A stretch of 63,482 nt of DNA, filler included, from Craspedostauros australis (taxonomy: Eukaryota): NCBI GenBank assembly GCA_030167865.1. It is 15 parts of 15 records of this genome, joined end to end, with 100 filler letters (N's around TTAATTAATTAA, not from the genome) between each part and the next. Parts side by side here need not be neighbours in the genome. Positions count along the whole stretch, not along the records: positions 35,096 to 36,824 come from JALAGF010000172.1; positions 36,925 to 38,808 come from JALAGF010000173.1; positions 38,909 to 40,570 come from JALAGF010000175.1; positions 40,671 to 44,705 come from JALAGF010000177.1; positions 44,806 to 47,284 come from JALAGF010000178.1; 10 more parts are not named here. One strand, written 5' to 3'. Positions 34,996 through 45,649 of this stretch are shown here, piece after piece. The position numbers were made by a program, and so were the translations under genes. Within the stretch, counting starts at the first letter, position 1. Every line of letters starts with the position of its first letter. The notes below the pieces were generated by a model. It saw only the letters and a program-made list of their open reading frames with translations, was not told the DNA's origin and ran no database searches.

Positions 34996-35095
34996 NNNNN
35001 NNNNNNNNNNNNNNNNNNNNNNNNNNNNNNNNNNNNNNNTTAATTAATTAANNNNNNNNNNNNNNNNNNNNNNNNNNNNNNNNNNNNNNNNNNNN

Positions 35096-35306
35096 TTACA
35101 CGGGAGATGCTGCTGACCCTGCAACTTGCATTCTGACAGAACAACATCTCGTCATCATCTCATAAACCGAGAGTTCAATCAACTCAACAACGCAAACCAA
35201 CTAAATCGACAACTAACGATTACCAATTTACCTCCAAACCAGAGCCCACGATNTCACCACTGCACACGCCGGTCTCACAGTGCTGACATCTGGAACCAAT
35301 ATCACA
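35096..35306 (+). repeat. Putative 5' LTR (3' part) ending ...AATATCACA
   Basis: 35223-35308 is near-identical to the reverse complement of 49662-49747. It ends in CA and precedes a PBS-like motif and gag. Confidence 0.65.
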
Positions 35307-35320
35307 CGCTTCCTCTGCGC
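35305..35320 (+). promoter_or_regulatory. Putative primer-binding site complementary to the initiator tRNA-Met D-arm
   Basis: CACGCTTCCTCTGCGC; its reverse complement GCGCAGAGGAAGCGTG matches the recalled eukaryotic iMet GCGCAGCGGAAGCGTG at 15/16. Confidence 0.55.
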
Positions 35321-35467
35321 AACGTCAAGGCAAGTCACCTCTCGTAGCGCTATTCTACTGCAGGCCCAGGACACGACAACACATTGCAATCCACAATCTC
35401 GTCTCCAGGCCCCACAAACAATCAAGTGTACCTATTTAACGACTGGTCAAACCAACTGGACGGAATC

Positions 35468-36824
35468 ATGGTCGCCACAGCAACAACTCGCTCAAGAGCG
35501 AGACAATCCAACACCGCAGCCAACACAGTTGCCAACACGAGCGCCGCATCCAACACAGATGCAGGCCGAGGCAATGCGGGCAATCAAGCCGCAGCCAGCA
35601 ACCAACCGTCCAACCCAGGCGGCAACGACCCAAACGCCATGGCAACCAACCAAGGCAACCTGAAGCCACCCGCGCAGAACGTTCCACAGGGCAACCCCAA
35701 CCCAGGAGGCAACGGCGGCGGGGACGGCGGAGGCGATGGCGGAGGCGGGGGCGACCCGTACGAAGAGGACGACGCCTTCTTCGACAACTTCGGAGGAGAC
35801 AGTGGGGGCGACGACGAGGACGATGAAGAGGTCGTGGATGCACAGCCTGCATTCCAGTACGCCTTGACCCCAGCCCGCATACACAATCGGCTGCTCGACT
35901 ACAGCAAGACATCTGTGGCGAAGCTGTACTACAAGGCCGTCGAGGCACTCCCAGTGGAGTTCGACATGACCTCGAACCTCGTCCACAAGTTCACCAATCT
36001 CCTCAACGCCCGAGCAATGGAGTTCAACTGGCTCCAAACAGTCATCATCAACATCCGCGGCGAAAAGCGAAACCTGTTCCTCGAACACAGCACAATCAGC
36101 TACAAGGAGGTTCGGGAATACGCCGAACGCTACTCTAGCCGACAGACCAGGCATGCCCAGAACGCAATGCAAATCGCAAAATGCATTCAGGAGTCTCTCA
36201 CGCAAGATGCAAGGTCCCGCATGCAGCTGGAGTCAGAGAAGTACTCCCTGAGCACAGCCGAAGGAAAAGTCCATGATGGTCTGTTGATGTTCAAGGTCCT
36301 GATGGAGAAGTCATTGGTCAACACCAACGCAACCATCAGCATGCTGCGAAGCAACCTGGCCAACCTGCCAAGCAAGATCGGCGATCTCTCGGACAACATC
36401 ACCGAACTCAACGAGTATGCAAAATTGCAACGCAACGGATTGACGGCACGTGGACAAGTCACCCACGACCTGCTGATCTACCTCTTCGACGCCTACAAGC
36501 AGGTGAACGATGAGACCTTCCGCCGGTACATCGAAAGCAAGGAGGACCAGCACAACGAAGGGATCGCGATTGACGCCGACGAACTCATGGATCTGGTAGA
36601 CAAGAAATACAAGACCATGGTGGAGCGCGGAACGTGGAAGGCCCAGACAGAGGACCAGAAACACATCGTGGCGCTGACGGCAGAACTCGAGAAGATGAAG
36701 AAAGCCAACAAGGGCGGCAACGGAAAGAAGGGCAAGGACAGCAAGGACGGCAAGGGCAAGAAGGGCAAGAAGGGCAAAGAGAAGGACGGAAAGAAAGGAG
36801 GATCTGGGGACACCCCATGGTTCT
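35468..36824 (+). mobile_element. CoDi-I-type copia ORF1/Gag (3'-truncated)
   Basis: YALTPA...LDYS...KLYYKA...FD...RA...W; HDGLLMFKVL; DLLIYLFDAY; KYKTMVERGTW...IVAL followed by a K/G-rich tract. This is the diatom CoDi ORF1 pattern. Confidence 0.75.
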
Positions 36825-39800
36825 NNNNNNNNNNNNNNNNNNNNNNNNNNNNNNNNNNNNNNNNNNNNTTAATTAATTAANNNNNNNNNNNNNNNNNNNN
36901 NNNNNNNNNNNNNNNNNNNNNNNNATATCGACCGTCAAAGACGTCATCAATTCTGTCTATGGCGAAGACAAGTCAGCCAGGTATTTGTGTCGTAGAAGCT
37001 AGCTAAATGTATCTAACCCTAATGGACAACACGAAAAATCATGTTCTAAAAATATCACGTGTTACGATGTCAAATCCGCAAAAACGTACGATTCTATCCT
37101 GAATGGGGCCATACGATCTCGCCTGCGAAGCTTGCCTCCGACAGTAGCGAAGCATCACGTTTCGCAGTTCGCAGTTCGCTGAATGCCTTGCGCTGCACTG
37201 TTGTTGGTTCGGATTCACACTTGTCCAAACTCTGGATCGCACTATACTCCAGAGAAGAGTGCGCATTTGCACTGATCTACTCTATTCGTACTCTTGCTCT
37301 GTCGCGGTATTATGCCCGTGTAACTCCTGTCGATGATCCTTCGTTCTGTGTGAAGGCGCCTCAGCACGTTGCTCGTCATCAGGCGAACGTTGCTCTCGTG
37401 ACCTCCAACAGCTTCGTAGCTTGTGCTTGCGCTCGCAGCAAGTTCAAACACCCAACAGGAAGCCAATCGCTATTCTATTCGTACTCTGCCATACAACTCA
37501 GATCTCTCCACTGTTCGTGCCCTGTGGAGCACAGTGTCCACGATCGATGTACAGCCTCCCTCAATCCCGAGGATGGATCTGGGAGCGCGAATGTCAAGCA
37601 GACATTGAGCCTCAGATCTTGATTCCAGGATTGCGCGGTCCAGCACCGAAGTTTGGTGTGGGGCGTATTTGCGACATGCTCTGATTTGTTCCCGAGGTGT
37701 ACTGGTATAGGGTAGAGAGAGCAGAGAGGATCCTCTCAGATTCATTCACGCAGCTCTAGCCAATCTCATCATTTCTGCCAATGTCTCTCCACGAGTACAG
37801 AGCAGAGAGAGAGAGAGAGGGCTCGCTCTTGTTGGAGTCTTCCGATCTCGCAGTCTCTCATGTTCAGACCAGGTATCCGTCAGCGCAACCTCCTTCCAGT
37901 CTTTTTTCGGGAGCATCTTGCGTGTGATGTTAGCGGCTGTACGGAAACTGGAGCAACTGTGTCCAAATTGTGAGAGAGCAGCGATAGGAGGGCACTATTA
38001 GTACATGTGCCTTCACTTCTACCCGAGTGAGTTTTCCGTGCATGATTGTGTCCGAAGCGTCACATAACGAACGGCATTCAACTTCATCTGCGCGTGCCCA
38101 GCCCGGTTGTTGACGTGCCAACATCGCCGAACGCCGATGACAGAGGACTAGTTGTTGATGCGTGCGCTTCTTCTGCTGTCGAACCTCAAGCGAAAGTGTG
38201 TTGGGCGTAACACTCGATTCACAACGATCAAAACTGCATGACGAGGCAACACTGGTGCGAACATCAACGACGACTCTGTGCCGACGAGTGACGAACAATC
38301 GGACACACTCAAACGACCACGATTGATGCATCCACGAATAGACACCTGTGGGGGGCAGTTCAAAATGCAATAATTGGCTCTATTTCATAGCGTTTAAGTC
38401 ATAAATCGCTTGTTTCCGCCTAGTTCTTATCCTCGACGGAATAATATGGCATTTTTGTTCTTTTTTGGATAATTGGTGCTTTCCCCCCAAAATTCGCCCG
38501 AGTTGCTTTCGCTCTTCGTCATTGCTCCATTTCCCCACTTTACACTGTGTCGGTGTTTGCTGAGCGTGTTTTCGTCTCCGGTCCGCGCAAAACAAGGCTG
38601 CTGTCTTGGGCCAGCGCAGAGCACACAAAACTCACAACCCCAACACTCTCCACAGAGATCATTGCTCCACAGAGCACTTCGTTCCTGTTACAATCACAAT
38701 CACAACCACAACCACAACAATAACAACAACAACAACAGGTACACCAACATCACCACTGCAACAGTGTTTCGTCCATGGGTGGCTCCTGTATGCGATGCAA
38801 CTGGAATTNNNNNNNNNNNNNNNNNNNNNNNNNNNNNNNNNNNNNNNNNNNNTTAATTAATTAANNNNNNNNNNNNNNNNNNNNNNNNNNNNNNNNNNNN
38901 NNNNNNNNTTCGGAATGCTAGTTTCATCATCACTAGCATCTCATAAAAACTATCATCAGCACGACAAGGACGACTCAACATTGCTGCAAATGAAGAGAAA
39001 TGATTGGNNNNNNNNNNNNNNNNNNNNNNNNNNNNNNNNNNNNNNNNNNNNNNNNNNNNNNNNNNNNNNNNTGTTTTTGGCTCCTAAAACGCAATCGAGT
39101 TTCACTTTCCGAGGGGGAAGTTCGCATGTTGCCCCTCTAAAAATGTCATTATCAGGTTATTTTGTACCGTGGGACTCGCAATGTGAAATGCGATATCCCC
39201 CTAATGTGCCACTTGTACGAGTATGAGTGTTTGTGTCAACTCTGCATCCAACTGGTTCGTTGGGAAAGGCCACGATCTATGAGCCCCTCGAGCGAGTCGA
39301 CCAACTGTTTGAAATGAAGAGTCTAGTCGTTTTTCTGGGATTTTAAAACTAATTACATATACATAATCCTCGTAGTCTATTTACATGTGGTGGACCCTTT
39401 CAGCTTCTACTTGGTTTCATTTTAAGTTTTATGGAGTGATCTATGTGTACAATGCAGTCGCGTTGATCCAACAGCAGCAAATTCGTTAGTTTCTGCCGAA
39501 GGTTCGATAATGTTCTCATGCATTTATCGTGAGGTGACCAGTCACGGACCTGCTTCCGAAGGTGCCGGTCGTTTGGTACGCGTTAATTACACGTTAGCAT
39601 GTGGTACGTGATTCCACATTCTGCTCGTCACAAAACACATGACACAAAACACATCACACAAAACACATCATCTCCATCATTTCGCAAAATCGCGCCACAC
39701 GTTCGCTCCATTTCACAACTTGGCTCGCCAATGCCATGCATACTCGCCCTTTCGCTCAATGCCCGTTCTCATCAGAGTAGTAGTAGTTGTAGTAGTAGTT

Positions 39801-39925
39801 GTTGTTGTTGTTGCTGAATGGCCCACCTATCGTTGCATGCTCTCCGTTCGTCACTTCGTCTCACACCAGTGCAGTTCGTCACATCCAACCAGCAAACCAC
39901 ACTACTCCACAGAAACAACTGCATC

Positions 39926-40570
39926 ATGCCTTTCTCTACCACCGCCAAGGCCCTCTCCAAGGATGGCAACCCCTCCCCTAGTAAGAAACCTCGCGCTCAC
40001 CCTGTGTCTGCTCCTCCTGTCGATTCGAAGGGGGGATTGCTGCCTACTGCTGAACAACTGTTGCCTGACAAGCCGTCCGCTGCGTTGAGGAAGCCGAGCA
40101 CCATCACGCAAGTGATCGATGTGAAGCCGATGCATGCAGCGGATGGCAGCCTTGTCCCGAACGGTACGCATGCGCACGCTCGCGAGCTGCATGTGTACGT
40201 TCACATCCTCCACGACAATGGAGGCGTCTTTGATGACTCCAACGTCAAGGTGCGATCGGAGGGACGAGGTGTCGGCGATGGGGCTACAGTGAGCGTTATC
40301 GTGAACGCACCCTCCCTGCCTGCTGCAGCTGATGTTGCACCCCCTGTGAAGCCTACCCCACCAGGGAGGCTTCCCCGGCGTTGCAACACTGTTGTTGCTG
40401 GGGGGTACGCAGATCCCTCTATTGACAGCGACAGCACGTTCGTTGACGATGAGGAGGAACAGACGCGCGCCGGCTGGGGCAGGAGAGGCGGCAAGCTCGG
40501 GTGTGATCTGGAGGAGGAGGAGAGCTGGAGGCGTGGTGCCATCGTTCGTGCGATGGCGGCGCTTGGGTCT
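39926..40570 (+). CDS. Repeated orphan ORF, copy 1 (truncated by linker)
   Basis: Near-identical protein segments with 60862-61894, e.g. LRKPSTITQVIDVKPM.AADGSLVPNGTHAHARELHVYVHIL. Confidence 0.55.
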
Positions 40571-40675
40571 NNNNNNNNNNNNNNNNNNNNNNNNNNNNNN
40601 NNNNNNNNNNNNNNTTAATTAATTAANNNNNNNNNNNNNNNNNNNNNNNNNNNNNNNNNNNNNNNNNNNNTGTCA

Positions 40676-41149
40676 TCATTTTGCCTTCTTTTTGTCCTTC
40701 CTCCGTTGTTGCCAATACAACGACTCGTACTTCCATCGCTTTGCTGCATGAAAATGCTTCCTAAATTGTTCCATTGGGAACTCTTGATAGCACGGTCTCC
40801 TTTGGTACAGCTGTCTGGGGGTGAGAGACTTCAATAGTTCATCTTTGAAGTCGCTTCTCATCATGTTCTGTGCTTCAGAACCATCCCATCTCAGTTTGCC
40901 AGTTGGCTTCGAAGTAATTGTCATTTTCTTGAAAGCAGCGAGTGCTTTCTCTGCATCGGCAGCATCCGCTTCATTTTGCTTCCACTTTTTCCGAAGGCGA
41001 TTCAAATTGCTGCGAAAGTTGGTGTAGCTCACATCTGCAAATTCAGCGTGGCTTTCGTAGATCTCCTTTGGTTTCATTTCTTGTGTAATGGTCCCTGCCT
41101 TCAATTCCTCCTCCAGGATCTTTTTTGCATCAGCCCATTTGAATGGCAT
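40676..41149 (-). CDS. 157-aa basic helical protein with an internal duplication; probable Harbinger accessory DNA-binding protein
   Basis: Two related modules: W-ADAKKIL...KPKEIYESHAEF...FR and W-DGSEAQNMM...TPRQLYQRRPCYQEF...FR; basic C-terminus. Same contig as the Harbinger transposase end. Confidence 0.65.
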   Translation of the reverse strand: MPFKWADAKKILEEELKAGTITQEMKPKEIYESHAEFADVSYTNFRSNLNRLRKKWKQNEADAADAEKALAAFKKMTITSKPTGKLRWDGSEAQNMMRSDFKDELLKSLTPRQLYQRRPCYQEFPMEQFRKHFHAAKRWKYESLYWQQRRKDKKKAK

Positions 41150-41154
41150 CTTTG

Positions 41155-41990
41155 TTGACGTTGATGCTGATGCTGATGCTGATGATGCCAATGTTGATGC
41201 CGCCGACGATGCCACTGATGATGCCACTGATGATGCCGCGTATGATCCAGTTGCTGCTACCAATGCTGATACCAATGCGGATACGGATGCTGATGACGCC
41301 AATGCCGATGCCGCGGCAGCTGTTTCTGATACCTTTCTGATGCCACCGACGATGCCGCTGATGATGCCGTGTATGATACCGGTGCTGATGCCGATGCTGA
41401 TGCTGCTGCGGCCGTTTCTGATACCGATGCGGATGCTGATACCGATGCGGATGCTGATACCGATGTGGATGCTGATACCAATGCGGATGCTGTTACGGAT
41501 GCTGATGTGGATGATGATACCGATGCGGATGCTGATACCGATGCGGATGCTGGTACGGCGGCGGATGCGGATGCTGATGCCGATGTTGATGCTGCTGCGG
41601 CCGTTTCTGATACCGATGCTGATACCGATGCTGATACGGATGCGGATGTCGATACGGATGCGGATGCTGATACGGATGCGGATGCTGATGTGGATGCTGA
41701 TGCCGATGTTGATGCTGCTGCGGCCGTTTTTGATACCAATGCGGATGCTGATACGGATGCGGATGCTGATACCGATGCGGATGCTGATACCGATGTGGAT
41801 GCTGTTGCGGATGCTGATGCGGATGATGATACCGATGCTGATACCAATGCTGATACGGATGCTGATACCGATGCTGATGCCGATGCGAATGCTTATGCAG
41901 ATGCGGCCGTTGGAGATGCCGCTGCTATTGCCACTGATGATGATGATGATGCTGATACCATCACTGTTGCTGATGCCTTTGCTGATGCTG
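41155..41990. repeat. Degenerate GAT-GCT/GCG/ACC hexamer low-complexity array
   Basis: Gives poly-(DA/DT) on + and poly-(SA/SV) on -, with higher-order GCTGCTGCGGCCGTTT units. Confidence 0.9.
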
Positions 41991-42564
41991 TGGCAAAGCT
42001 CCTTCAGGCGTTACCACACGCGCTGATACGAATGCTGGTATGTAGTGTTGTGGAAGTTGTTGTGGCGGATACTGTTGTCATTGCCGTGGTCTCGTTGTTA
42101 TCTGTTGATGTGCAAGTTGAGCTGTGTTCAGTTGTGTCGGATGAGACAGTCATGCCCTGCTCGCCGCCTCCCTGTCGCAAATGGGTCCTCTGTTGTCCCT
42201 GTTGCTGTTACCATCAGCATTGCCGTTGGTTTGGGTCCGCGTGGCTTGTATTCCGCAGTTGATTGATCTATTGATTGACCCATCGAGGGCTGCCGTTGCC
42301 TGCGGTGTTCTCAGAGTCTCTTGTTTGTAGTTGTTGCCGTTGCAGTGTTCGTTTGTTGTTCTAAATTGGTGGGGCTGTGGCTGTGCTCATCCTCGACTGT
42401 GGGAGATTGTGTGGAATTGCCATGAGTTTCGTCCTTGGGTGTTGTGTGTGTGTGTGTCGCGAGGCTTCGGCAATGACGCCACCTATCTCGATTGGTCGTG
42501 TGAGTTCGCCCAAAATGGAAAATGTGTGTTCGCCCTTCATCCGTCGTCACAAAACAACACAAGG

Positions 42565-43677
42565 ATGAGCAACCAAGCCACCAACACCACTGCTTCTGGT
42601 ACTCCTGGATCGCGTCTCCCTCGTGGAGCAACTCCCACCCGCTCAAATTCAAAATCGATGCGAGCGGAAGTCGACATCGCCATCTTGGACTTCCTCCTTG
42701 GTGCAAGGCGCTTCGATACATTCAAACGGCACTGTGACGAGTTTGAACATCTCCTCGGCAAGGCTGGTTCTGCACAGCGAGACGCCAGCAGACAACGAAA
42801 GTACTACCTTCAAAAGTACCTCGACAAGGCAGGGTTACAAGCATTGCGGACGACTCTGCAACAATCATTGAGTGGGAATGGTCCGAAACCGCCATGTGCA
42901 GCCACAACACCCAACACAAACTCAAAAGCTGCAGCTCTTACAACTCCATCGACATCAACATCGACATCCACGCTCTCGCCACAACGACAACGCAAAATCC
43001 TCTTCTCTGCTGAGACCAACATGGCAACCAACGACGAAACCAGCACGAACGTCACCGAGATCGAAGAAGGCGAGCACTACAACATCGACCTCGACCATCC
43101 ATTCCACCATGTGGAAAGCACCATGATCTACCAAATGGATGATGTGATCCTCGAAGGTCGATCGTTTGACTGCCTCGTCATCCGCAAGTTGTTCGTCGAC
43201 AAAGACGATATCGAGGAAATCAAGGCCTCCATCTGTGAGGGCGGCACCTGCATCAAGATAAAGGAGCCAGCAATCCCATCGTTGATGCTGGAGACGAGCA
43301 CAGACGCCATGTTCGCCCAGAAGAAGGGGGTGCCCGATGCCAACCTTGCAAGGGAGAAGCTCCTTTTCCACAAGTTGGTCAACCGCGAGACCACGAGGGG
43401 AGTCGGCTCGAAGTATACATACTTCCATTGCCCAGAAGGAATGACCCTCTCCGCCAACTTCTTTCAAAATGAGGCTGAGTGCCTCATGAAGACATACTGC
43501 CCAACACCAAAGGTGTTGGTTCACAAGGCAACAAAGGCGCAGCTCAAGATCCCAACAAACGTGGTCTGCTGGAGAGTTGCCATCGACGGATTTCATGGCA
43601 GGGTTGGTCTCAGCAGCAACGACACCGAGAATGTCGACGATGCATTCTTTGGCATGTTGACTACCACTGGTGAGTAG
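42565..43677 (+). CDS. Hypothetical protein (~370 aa), probable transposon accessory ORF
   Basis: Long open frame: an N-terminal helical domain (CDEFEHLLGKAGSAQRDASRQRKYYL), a T/S linker and a C-terminal beta-rich region ending VCWRVA. Confidence 0.6.
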   Translation: MSNQATNTTASGTPGSRLPRGATPTRSNSKSMRAEVDIAILDFLLGARRFDTFKRHCDEFEHLLGKAGSAQRDASRQRKYYLQKYLDKAGLQALRTTLQQSLSGNGPKPPCAATTPNTNSKAAALTTPSTSTSTSTLSPQRQRKILFSAETNMATNDETSTNVTEIEEGEHYNIDLDHPFHHVESTMIYQMDDVILEGRSFDCLVIRKLFVDKDDIEEIKASICEGGTCIKIKEPAIPSLMLETSTDAMFAQKKGVPDANLAREKLLFHKLVNRETTRGVGSKYTYFHCPEGMTLSANFFQNEAECLMKTYCPTPKVLVHKATKAQLKIPTNVVCWRVAIDGFHGRVGLSSNDTENVDDAFFGMLTTTGE

Positions 43678-43827
43678 CCATCACGATCACTGACTCTCTT
43701 TCAATTTACTTGCATTGAGTATGACAATGCTGAATCAACTAATACACACTACTGTAGACGACCGACTAACATTCCACACCAATTCTCTGTCTCCTACTTC
43801 GTCCAAACAACTCAATACATAGCAAAC

Positions 43828-44439
43828 ATGACCATCGGGGCCAGAAGTTCTGATACCATGGACATTGACGCCCCAACACCGTCCACAGCTCGTTCCAGCA
43901 TCACGACTGACACACCTGTTGCATACGGAGGGGAAGGTGTGACCCCTTTCATGGTCGAGAGCAACCATGGGGTTGTGCACAACCCAAGTCCTCCCCAAAG
44001 TGGCCCGGCGGTTCAAGATCCCGGATTGGACGGGATGAACTACCCGGACGTCCCGAAGTCTGCATTGGACGTTCCCCTCCCTGGTCAGGATGGATTGGAT
44101 GAGTTGAACTTTCCTGATGTCCCATCATCCGCGGTGGACCTTGTTGATTCCAACCTGCTTGTCTTGGCCACAGGCGCAACAATCCATCGCGAAGTTGTTG
44201 CTTGTGCTGGTCCTCCAGATGCTGCTGCCCTCGTGGTTCATGCAAATGACGCTGTCATGGGCGACGAAGGCCATCACCTGAAGCGCGCAACACTTGGGAC
44301 CAGCGGAAGCACCCCAAAGAAGATGAAGTCTGCAGCAGATGGCGAGCCAACGATCGCAGATGGACCTGACCTGGAGCAGTCACCAGATTCCTATGATTTC
44401 GATGACAGCGCCGATGATCCTCTCTCTGAGTACTTCTAA
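43828..44439 (+). CDS. Acidic low-complexity hypothetical protein (203 aa)
   Basis: AAACATG start context; internal duplication PGLDGMNYPDVP / GLDELNFPDVP; convergent with the transposase. Confidence 0.4.
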   Translation: MTIGARSSDTMDIDAPTPSTARSSITTDTPVAYGGEGVTPFMVESNHGVVHNPSPPQSGPAVQDPGLDGMNYPDVPKSALDVPLPGQDGLDELNFPDVPSSAVDLVDSNLLVLATGATIHREVVACAGPPDAAALVVHANDAVMGDEGHHLKRATLGTSGSTPKKMKSAADGEPTIADGPDLEQSPDSYDFDDSADDPLSEYF

Positions 44440-44501
44440 GATGGCAATATTGACAGATAAGAGTACAGGAATGACTTGCTCTAATAGTATTTAGGAATGA
44501 T

Positions 44502-44705
44502 TCATATCTCAAATATTGGATGCCCGTTGTCCAGCTCGTATTGAATCAATACACAGCAGGCTTCAAAAACACATTGATGCTTCTCAATATCATTCCGATA
44601 GTCATGCACCAGCGCCTTGAAGTTCTTTATTCTCCCATTAAAACTCTCGTGTCGAGCCCTTGCTCGATTCTTGAACTTTTTCACAGCAGCAGAATCGAGT
44701 GGATT
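44502..44705 (-). mobile_element. PIF/Harbinger-like (DDE_Tnp_4) transposase C-terminus
   Basis: NPLDSAAVKKFKNRARARHESFNGRIKNFKAL...HQCVFEACCVLIQYELDNGHPIFEI*; carries the R-x-x-x-E catalytic Glu motif. Confidence 0.8.
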
Positions 44706-45649
44706 NNNNNNNNNNNNNNNNNNNNNNNNNNNNNNNNNNNNNNNNNNNNTTAATTAATTAANNNNNNNNNNNNNNNNNNNNNNNNNNNNNNNNNNNNNNN
44801 NNNNNTCGGGATGGGGTTGTTCGTTCACTCAGTCAGCTCGGGACGTAGAGTATTGCGACTGTTAATCTGTTAGACTTGAGGAATTGGTGAGAATGTAGGG
44901 GAGAACGCGTCCTTCTGCAATTGATCAGATCGAGAAGGGGGAGTTCACTGGAAGTCTGTTGGGAACTCAAATGTTATTACAAACTTAAGAGTTGTGAGCT
45001 TACTCTCTGACCTCTGTTCATGTCCATGCCTCTGCTCTTGCATTCCTCTGTTCTGCAAGCATCGGATAGGATCTTTACATCTCTTCAGGTTCAACTGGTT
45101 TGGGTCAGTAGCTATCTCACAGTATCGTTCTTGTATCGTGGTACCTTTTCTCTGATACCCAGTACCTTGGTACTTCTTTAGTTTCGTTTCTCGTCGAGCT
45201 ATTCGCTCGTAATGTGACCATTTCATGGTCCGTGTTGGTTCAGGATACGATTCATACGCACAACTAAGCTGGAACACGAGAGAGAGCTGTGCGGAATAAA
45301 GCATAATGCTAATACAGAGGGTGCTCGTAAGTGGGCTCACCAGTCCACTTACGTAACTGGATTGGTGAGTCCACTTACCCAGCAACAAAGATGCCAAGTG
45401 GATTGGTGGGTCCACTTAACGCTAAGCGAACTCACGAGTTCTTGTATTTTCCTCACGGATATCCATTGACGGATGGGAGAACTCACAAAGCATCATAGAG
45501 CATGAGTCGGGATGACTTCATTTTGTGGTTGTGTCACCGTGCATGTTTAATATTCGTCGTGAGTGTCGGGAGATTATTCACCTTCAGCTTCAACCTCGAC
45601 CTCAGCATCATCCTTATCCCCTTCTGCATCCTTGTCTTCCTGAACATCT

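Noticed and set aside
36925..38808. Possible decayed copia RT/RNase H or coding ORFs
   Set aside because: Only faint motif resemblance, not supportable by eye.
41088..42262. 312-aa Met/Leu-rich and 297-aa Asp/Ala-rich ORFs
   Set aside because: Products of the stop-free hexamer repeat; there is no independent sign of coding.
44806..45480. 156-aa ORF or degraded retroelement sequence
   Set aside because: No clear catalytic motif; assignment too weak.
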